DNA of 60,103 nt from Alphaproteobacteria bacterium (GTDB lineage: Bacteria; Pseudomonadota; Alphaproteobacteria; Rs-D84). Below are positions 53,970 to 60,103 of the stretch, piece by piece; positions within the stretch are counted from its first letter, which is position 1; the number at the start of each line of letters is the position of its first letter. The stretch is from positions 1 through 60,103 of the forward strand of contig JAGBSK010000035.1 of the NCBI GenBank assembly GCA_017631895.1, read 5' to 3'. The position numbers and the translations under genes were made by a program. The notes beneath the pieces were generated by a model. It had not been told where the DNA came from, made no database searches, and worked only from the letters and a program-made list of their open reading frames with translations.

Positions 53970-55610
53970 ATTCTTGATTTTCCGCAGGACAACCATAATG
54001 CCCGCGGGGGTCATGCCCGGTATGCGCGACAGGTCCGCGATATTTTCTGGGCGTGTGGCCGTTAACTTTTCAATTAACTCATTCGTTAATCCGGGCAGGC
54101 CCGTGTACACAAAATCAGATGGAATCTTTAATTCCGCATCGCGTTTATAGGCGGCGATTTCGCGTTCGTTACGTGCGATATAACCCGCATAAAATTTATC
54201 GTTTTCGGCAATTTGTGCAGATTTATTCGCCAATTTTCGTTCGTATGAGCCCGCATCAATTAACCCAAGTTCCACGCCAATTTTCCCCAAACGCGCAATC
54301 GCATTATCTGCACGCAGGGACAGACGATATTCCGCGCGCGATGTGAACATTCTGTACGGTTCGTCCACGCCAAGCGTTGTGATGTCGTCAATCAGCACGC
54401 CAATCATCGCGTTTGTGCGGTCTAATTCTAAATACGGTAAATCGCACGCATATGCCGCAGCATTTGCGCCCGCAACCAGGCCCTGGGCCGCGGCTTCTTC
54501 GTATCCAGACGTGCCGTTGATTTGCCCCGCAAAGAACAGGTGTGGATGGTCCTTGGACTGCAATTTATCATTCAATGCGCGGGCATCAATTGCGTCGTAT
54601 TCAATCGCATAGCCATATCGCGCAATTTCGGCGTTTTCAAGCCCCGGAATGGTGCGAATCCATTTGTCTTGGATGTCTGCGCCAAAACTGGTCGAAATGC
54701 CGTTGGGGTAAATCAGGGGACTGTTATAGCCCTCGGGTTCCAGGAAAACATGATGTGATGCGTGTTCGGGGAAACGCATTACTTTGTCTTCTAGACTTGG
54801 GCAATAGCGCGGGCCTGTACCACGAATGTCGCCATTGTACATTGGGGCATTTTTAATGTTTTCACGAATTACATTGTGTGTAGTTTCGGTTGTATGCGTG
54901 ATATAACAAACCGAGTCATATTTATTATTTTCATCACCGTCCGAAAACCAATCATGGGGTGTGTCGCCGGGCTGAATTTCACATACAGAAAAATCAATCG
55001 AATCACGCTTGATACGCGCAGGTGTACCCGTTTTCAAACGCAATACACGAAAGCCCGCGTTCTGTAATATGCAAGATATGTTTTTATCAGCATCCTGATA
55101 TGTGCCATCGTCCATTAATCGTCCCGACAGAATCTTTTCCGTGCCACGTGTGACGGTGCCGTTCAAGAATGTACCCGTTGTCAAAACAATTGCACGCGCA
55201 TGATATTTATTGTTAACGGTTGCGTTTTCCAGGTCTATATTTTCAACCGGTTCAAAAACAACGTCCAGATTTTTATATTCAGATAAAATATCAACAATTG
55301 CATTATGATATAAATCGCGATCAATTTGCGCACGCAGGGCCTGGGTTGCCGCACCGTGGGTGGCGTTCAATGTACGCCAATGAATACCCGCACGGTCTGC
55401 TGCGCGTGGCATCACACCGGCAAACGCATCCATTTCGGCAACCATCTGGGATTTGCCTGGGCCACCAATACTGGGGTTGCAAGACAATGCCCCCAGGTCG
55501 GATTCCGCCATGGTCAGCAACAATGTTTTTGCACCACGACGAGCAGCAGCAGACGCAGATTCCGTGCCAGCATGTCCACCACCGATAACGATTACATCAT
55601 AGTTCTGCAT
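53967..55610 (-). CDS. mnmG: tRNA uridine-5-carboxymethylaminomethyl synthesis enzyme MnmG (GidA), compact form
   Basis: 547-aa ORF. YDVIVIGGGHAGTE FAD motif, SCNPSIGG, GPRYCPSLEDK, FFAGQINGTSGYEEAAAQG, EPYRMFTSRAEYRL, C-terminal RIPGMTPAGI. Confidence 0.93.
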   Translation of the reverse strand: MQNYDVIVIGGGHAGTESASAAARRGAKTLLLTMAESDLGALSCNPSIGGPGKSQMVAEMDAFAGVMPRAADRAGIHWRTLNATHGAATQALRAQIDRDLYHNAIVDILSEYKNLDVVFEPVENIDLENATVNNKYHARAIVLTTGTFLNGTVTRGTEKILSGRLMDDGTYQDADKNISCILQNAGFRVLRLKTGTPARIKRDSIDFSVCEIQPGDTPHDWFSDGDENNKYDSVCYITHTTETTHNVIRENIKNAPMYNGDIRGTGPRYCPSLEDKVMRFPEHASHHVFLEPEGYNSPLIYPNGISTSFGADIQDKWIRTIPGLENAEIARYGYAIEYDAIDARALNDKLQSKDHPHLFFAGQINGTSGYEEAAAQGLVAGANAAAYACDLPYLELDRTNAMIGVLIDDITTLGVDEPYRMFTSRAEYRLSLRADNAIARLGKIGVELGLIDAGSYERKLANKSAQIAENDKFYAGYIARNEREIAAYKRDAELKIPSDFVYTGLPGLTNELIEKLTATRPENIADLSRIPGMTPAGIMVVLRKIKN

Positions 55611-55615
55611 TTTAT

Positions 55616-56344
55616 TTAGAAACGCCCCATTCCGCCGTTAACATGCAATGTTTGACCGTTGATATAGGACGCTTCGTCAGACGCCAAGAATACACACGCG
55701 TTCGCAATATCGTCCGGTTCACCAAAACGGCCCGCAGGAATTTGCGCCAGATATGTTTTCTTTAATTCATCCGGCAAAACATCCGTCATTGGGGTCTGAA
55801 TAAATCCAGGTGCAATTGCGTTGGCGGTGATGCCACGAGACGCAACCTCGGCCGCGATGGATTTTGTCATCGCAATCATGCCACCCTTGGATGATGCATA
55901 GTTTGCCTGGCCTGGGCCACCAATTGTGCCGATGATTGAAGCCATATTGATAATACGACCAAAGCGATTCTTCATCATTGGCATAATTGCCGCACGGCAC
56001 ATCTTGAAACAAGAACGCAGATTTGTATTGATAACTTCGTCAAACTGTTCGTCCGTCATACGCATTAACAATGTGTCGCGTGTAATTCCCGCGTTATTTA
56101 TCAAAATGTCAATTTTGCCCGCGCGTTCAATTGTGTTCATGACCAGTTCAACCGCACCGCCTTCGGCCGCCAGATCACACGGAATTTTGATGTATTCATC
56201 ACCAAATTCTGCATCCATTTTCGCCACATTACGACCAGAAACAACAACCGTTGCGCCCGCCTGTTTCATCTTTTTTGCAATTGCGCCACCGATACCACCG
56301 GTTGCGCCTGTGATTAACGCAACTTTACCCGTTAAATCAAACAT
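55616..56344 (-). CDS. fabG: 3-oxoacyl-ACP reductase
   Basis: 242-aa SDR. TGATGGIG, NNAG, catalytic YASSKGG (YxxxK), C-terminal LHVNGGM. Confidence 0.93.
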   Translation of the reverse strand: MFDLTGKVALITGATGGIGGAIAKKMKQAGATVVVSGRNVAKMDAEFGDEYIKIPCDLAAEGGAVELVMNTIERAGKIDILINNAGITRDTLLMRMTDEQFDEVINTNLRSCFKMCRAAIMPMMKNRFGRIINMASIIGTIGGPGQANYASSKGGMIAMTKSIAAEVASRGITANAIAPGFIQTPMTDVLPDELKKTYLAQIPAGRFGEPDDIANACVFLASDEASYINGQTLHVNGGMGRF

Positions 56345-56346
56345 CG

Positions 56347-57222
56347 TTATATCTCCAATTTCTTTGCTGTTATTTTATCTGTTATGCGGGAACACAAGCC
56401 CGTCAGGACGGAACCGGGTCCAACCTCTATCATTTCTGTAATTCCCAAATCCGCCATGTTCAACACACTTTCGCGCCAGCGCACGCCGTGTGTCATCTGA
56501 TAAATCAGGGCTTCTTTGATTTCATCAATATCCGTCGTGGGGGCGCACGTTTTATTCAAGATAATCGGAACAACCGGCGTTTTGAAATCGACCGAATCCA
56601 ATGCTGCACGCATAACATCCGCCGCGGGTGCCTGCACCCGACAATGAACCGGCACAGACAACGCCAATGGCATCGCGCGTTTTGCGCCCTGCTCTTTTGC
56701 GATTGCCATCGCTGCTTCTACAGATTCGCGCGTGCCGGAAATTACAACCTGGCCGGGGGAATTATCGTTTGCAACATCACAACCGGACGCATCACAAATT
56801 TTACGCAGGTCTTCTATTTCCATCCCCAGAATAACCGCCGTCAGACCCGTTCCAGCCGGCGCAGCATTCTGCATAGCGTTTCCACGCGCACGCAGCAATT
56901 TTGCGGCATCACCAACCGACAATGCACCCGCTGCACACAGCGCGGTGTATTCGCCCAGGGAATGTCCCGCCACATATTCAGGAACCGTCGCACCCGCCGC
57001 ACGCATCATAGCAATTGATGTCGCCATAATCGCAGGCTGAACATTGGCGGTCATGGTCAAAGTATCGGCCGGACCGTTAAAGATAATATCCGACAGTTTT
57101 TCGCCCAATGCCGCATCCACCGCGTCAAAGACCGCGCGTGCGTCTGCATTGTTTTCATATAAATCACGTCCCATGCCGACGCTTTGCGCGCCCTGGCCCG
57201 GGAATACAAAAATTGATGACAT
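56347..57222 (-). CDS. fabD: malonyl-CoA:ACP transacylase
   Basis: 291-aa ORF. FPGQGAQ, active-site GHSLGEY, VSVPVH patterns. Confidence 0.93.
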   Translation of the reverse strand: MSSIFVFPGQGAQSVGMGRDLYENNADARAVFDAVDAALGEKLSDIIFNGPADTLTMTANVQPAIMATSIAMMRAAGATVPEYVAGHSLGEYTALCAAGALSVGDAAKLLRARGNAMQNAAPAGTGLTAVILGMEIEDLRKICDASGCDVANDNSPGQVVISGTRESVEAAMAIAKEQGAKRAMPLALSVPVHCRVQAPAADVMRAALDSVDFKTPVVPIILNKTCAPTTDIDEIKEALIYQMTHGVRWRESVLNMADLGITEMIEVGPGSVLTGLCSRITDKITAKKLEI

Positions 57223-57251
57223 CTATTGTCCTTTGTTAAATCACAGGATTA

Positions 57252-57788
57252 TTATACTTTGCGAATACTGAATTCGCAACCGCAATAATTTTGGCGGTAA
57301 AAATCAGAAGAACGGTTTATTTGAACCCGTAAATCTTCGTCCCATTTGATTGGAAGATACTGAATATCTGCACAGACGGATGTGGCGGATGTATCAACCT
57401 GGGCCTGATTCTTGTGGCGAGATACCCCAAGAACACTTGCAATCGCGTTATATCCGTTTTCGCGCGCAAAACGCACCGCACGACGGAAACGATATTCAAA
57501 GCACAGCGAACAGCGCGCACCACGTTCGGGTGCGGTTTCAAACCCGCGCACCGCGTCCCGCCATGCGTCATGGTCGTATTCCAGAACCGCATATTTTACA
57601 CCAAGTGTTTCACAATACTTAATCTGTTCTTGCATGCGTTTGGTGTATTCAGTTTCTGGAAAAATATTTGGATTATAAAATAAAACGATAAAATCAAATA
57701 CGCCCGGCATACCATCCGACAGTTGTTTAATCGCACCCGCAGAACACGGAGCACAACAGGACAATAAAACCAGGCGTATATCATTCAT
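57252..57788 (-). CDS. queH: epoxyqueuosine reductase QueH (DUF208)
   Basis: LLSCCAPCS, FYNPNIFP, CSLCFEYRF, YRQNYCGCEFS motifs. Start placed at MNDIRL (ATG 57788), which overlaps the upstream ORF stop as TGATG. The track start is GTG 57806. Confidence 0.8.
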   Translation of the reverse strand: MNDIRLVLLSCCAPCSAGAIKQLSDGMPGVFDFIVLFYNPNIFPETEYTKRMQEQIKYCETLGVKYAVLEYDHDAWRDAVRGFETAPERGARCSLCFEYRFRRAVRFARENGYNAIASVLGVSRHKNQAQVDTSATSVCADIQYLPIKWDEDLRVQINRSSDFYRQNYCGCEFSIRKV

Positions 57789-58093
57789 CACAATGTTTTT
57801 TGACACATGGTCGCACGATTGGAACGCAGACGCTGGGCGCGATGAATTATATTTAATGCACGCGCATGGGCAGCGTCATCAGCAACGAACGCTGTCAGCA
57901 CCGACATATCAGTATTAATCTTGTATGTAGTTTGTGGAATACGTTCGCGAACATAGTCCACAAAATGACAATTTGCCTGATTTTGGCATTCGTGCACATT
58001 TTTACATTTGGCACAGTAATAGTGCGCAAGATACACAGGCGCCCCATTATGATTTACAATTACTTTTATGCTTCTGTTTAATCTTTCTAACAT
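57788..58093 (-). CDS. hypothetical 101-aa protein coupled between metG and queH
   Basis: ORF whose ATG lies within the last codons of metG and whose TGA overlaps the queH ATG. Contains CAKCKNVHEC..C. No family recognised. Confidence 0.4.
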   Translation of the reverse strand: MLERLNRSIKVIVNHNGAPVYLAHYYCAKCKNVHECQNQANCHFVDYVRERIPQTTYKINTDMSVLTAFVADDAAHARALNIIHRAQRLRSNRATMCQKTL

Positions 58094-60075
58094 TTATATT
58101 CCGTTCCTATTTCTGCATTATCATTTAATTCAATTATTTTTTCCCCGTCGGTGCCAATGCCCAGTTCGGCTGGACTGCACATCATACCATATGATTCAAC
58201 GCCTGCAACAGTTCTTTGTGCCATCGGTTTTTTCATGCCTGGCAATTTTGACCCAACCGGCGCCAACACACCACGAAGCCCCACACGCACATTTGGTGCA
58301 CCGCACACAATTTGCAACGTGTCTGTGCCGGTGTTAACCGTTAAAATATGTAAATCAGCGCGCGTGTCATGATTTTTTACATCCACAATTTCCGCAACAA
58401 TTGGCGTAGGAATGTTTTCTTGTTTTTTCGGGGCGTATTTTTCAGTCAATATCGCAACCGTTTCATCATCAATGCGATTGAACAGATTTTCAGGCACCAT
58501 AAATTCTGCGCCATCTGCGATGCGACGTTCGTATTTTTCCGGCCATGTCAGGTCATGCGCATCTGCGAAAACATTCTGCATTTTTTCCGCCGCAGTTGGA
58601 ATAAAAGGTGCCGACGCACGCGCAAACAAATCAATCAACTGAAAACATTCATTCAGGCATGCGGCCGCCGCGTCCATATCGCCGTTCTTTACCAACGCCC
58701 ATGGTTCGCATGCCGTCATATATTCATTACCAATAGCATACAGACCACGCAACGCCGCAATCGCCGCACGGAATTCACACGCATCCAGCGCAGTTGTCAA
58801 TTCAGACAATTTTTCGTTAATCTGGGTTGCCAGTTCTGCGTTAATCGCACCCGCCTTGGGCACGTTGTTGCCAAAATTCTTAGCAGTTAACTTGCATACG
58901 CGCGACACAAAGTTCCCCAACATACCGTTCAAATCTTTGTTCACAACGTCCGCAAAGCGCGCGATTGTAAAATCGTTATCGTCCGTTTCGGGTGCGTTTG
59001 CCAACAGCGCATAACGCCAATAATCTGCCGGCGCAACATCAATTGCGGAATCCAAGAATATCCCGCGCTTTTGCGATTTCGAGAATTTGCCACCTTCGAA
59101 GTTCAGGAAATTCATGCCCTTTAACATATCGACGGTTTTCCAGTTGTCGTTCATCGCCAATTGCTGTTCTGGGAAAAACACCGAATGGAATTTCACGTTG
59201 TCTTTGCCCATAAATTGCGCATAGTGGGCATCTGGATTTTTCCACCAATCCGCCCAATTTTCATTTGCCGCCTGAGAAATAGATACATAGCCCCATGGCG
59301 CATCAAACCATACATAGAAAACCTTGTTTTCATAGCCCGGTTTGTTGACCGGTATCCCCCACGGCAGGTCGCGTGTAATGGATGTATCGCGCAAGCCTTC
59401 GTTCGCCCAACCGCGCGCAATTGACGCCGCAGAACGCGACCATTTTGGTGCGTGTTCGGCCAACCAAGCCTTCCAAGTGTCTTCGACGCGTGATGCCAAA
59501 AAGAACAGATTCTTGGTTGGACGCATTTCGATTTTATCGCTGCCCGAAATGGTACTGCGTGGGTTCAGAAGTTCTGTTGCCTCGTACGTGGCGCTGCATT
59601 TATCACACTGGTCCCCGCGCGCGCCTTCAAAGCCACATTTTGGGCATGTGCCCACCAACTGACGATCCGCAAGGAACATGTTGTCATCAACCGAAAACGG
59701 CTGAATCGTTTCGCGTTCTTCGATTAGCCCCAATTCGTCCAGGCGCGAAAACAATTCGTGGATTAATTTTTCCTGTTTTTCTGTGTGGGTGCGACCATAC
59801 AGGTCAAACGACAAATTAAAATCACGCACCGCACGTAGGTGCTTTTCATAGTATTTATTGTTGTATTCTATAACCGGCATATTTTCAGCGGCCGCACCAA
59901 CGACGGCGGGGGTTCCATGCTCGTCCGCGCCACAGATATACAAAACGTCGCGACCACGCGCACGACAAAAACGCGCATAAACATCCGACGGCAACCAACA
60001 GCCGATTAAATGCCCCAGGTGCAATTCACCATTTACGTATGGTAATGCCGATGTTATTAAATACTTTTTTGCCAT
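58087..60075 (-). CDS. metG: methionyl-tRNA synthetase with C-terminal tRNA-binding (Trbp111/EMAP-like) domain
   Basis: 662-aa ORF. HIGH region SALPYVNGELHLGHL. Zn knuckle CPKCGFEGARGDQCDKC. KMSKS variant KFSKSQKRG. C-terminal OB-fold VGLRGVLAPVGSKLPGMK...GMMCS. Confidence 0.95.
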   Translation of the reverse strand: MAKKYLITSALPYVNGELHLGHLIGCWLPSDVYARFCRARGRDVLYICGADEHGTPAVVGAAAENMPVIEYNNKYYEKHLRAVRDFNLSFDLYGRTHTEKQEKLIHELFSRLDELGLIEERETIQPFSVDDNMFLADRQLVGTCPKCGFEGARGDQCDKCSATYEATELLNPRSTISGSDKIEMRPTKNLFFLASRVEDTWKAWLAEHAPKWSRSAASIARGWANEGLRDTSITRDLPWGIPVNKPGYENKVFYVWFDAPWGYVSISQAANENWADWWKNPDAHYAQFMGKDNVKFHSVFFPEQQLAMNDNWKTVDMLKGMNFLNFEGGKFSKSQKRGIFLDSAIDVAPADYWRYALLANAPETDDNDFTIARFADVVNKDLNGMLGNFVSRVCKLTAKNFGNNVPKAGAINAELATQINEKLSELTTALDACEFRAAIAALRGLYAIGNEYMTACEPWALVKNGDMDAAAACLNECFQLIDLFARASAPFIPTAAEKMQNVFADAHDLTWPEKYERRIADGAEFMVPENLFNRIDDETVAILTEKYAPKKQENIPTPIVAEIVDVKNHDTRADLHILTVNTGTDTLQIVCGAPNVRVGLRGVLAPVGSKLPGMKKPMAQRTVAGVESYGMMCSPAELGIGTDGEKIIELNDNAEIGTEYKC

Positions 60076-60103
60076 TATTATATGTCCCTTGGTTCAAAAA
60101 AAT

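Overview
This 60.1-kb window looks like chromosome from an AT-leaning alphaproteobacterium (roughly 40-45% GC judged by eye, not computed). The lineage call rests on a GapR/DUF2312 homologue, the alpha-type MerR regulator and full LPS/Lpt/Lpx/Bam-associated gene content. The genome appears compact, possibly host-associated. About 55 tightly packed protein genes, many with overlapping stop/start codons, are almost all housekeeping. They cover envelope biogenesis (mraY-ftsW-murG, class A PBP, lptF/G-lptD-surA-like, lpxD-fabZ, skp), translation (valS, ileS, metG, infB, nusA, der, rlmN, mnmG, queH, rpmH, tRNA-Thr), fatty-acid synthesis (fabD, fabG, fabZ), glycolysis (fba, pyk) and gyrA. There are also two efflux modules: tolC plus a MacA-like adaptor, and marR-tolC-adaptor-RND. 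I saw no transposase, integrase, CRISPR array, restriction system or recognisable defence or toxin module. The signals most worth a second look are listed here.
1. A mini-ORF, MKQTTIIIIK, followed by alternative hairpins and a terminator just upstream of ileS. This is a candidate leader-peptide attenuator.
2. A ~165-190 nt structured RNA of unknown class, closed by a ~25-bp long-range helix and ending in a terminator, lying between a MerR gene and a GT2 gene.
3. A ~200-aa RND adaptor that seems to lack the hairpin and lipoyl domains.
4. A 716-aa secreted protein with 24 cysteines and a GC-rich Arg/Ala/Ser/Thr/Asn low-complexity module, driven by a near-consensus promoter.
5. Several small or large orphan ORFs translationally coupled into housekeeping operons, and reshuffled dcw and skp-lpx clusters.
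All protein calls rest on motif recognition in the supplied translations. No database, HMM or folding program was run.
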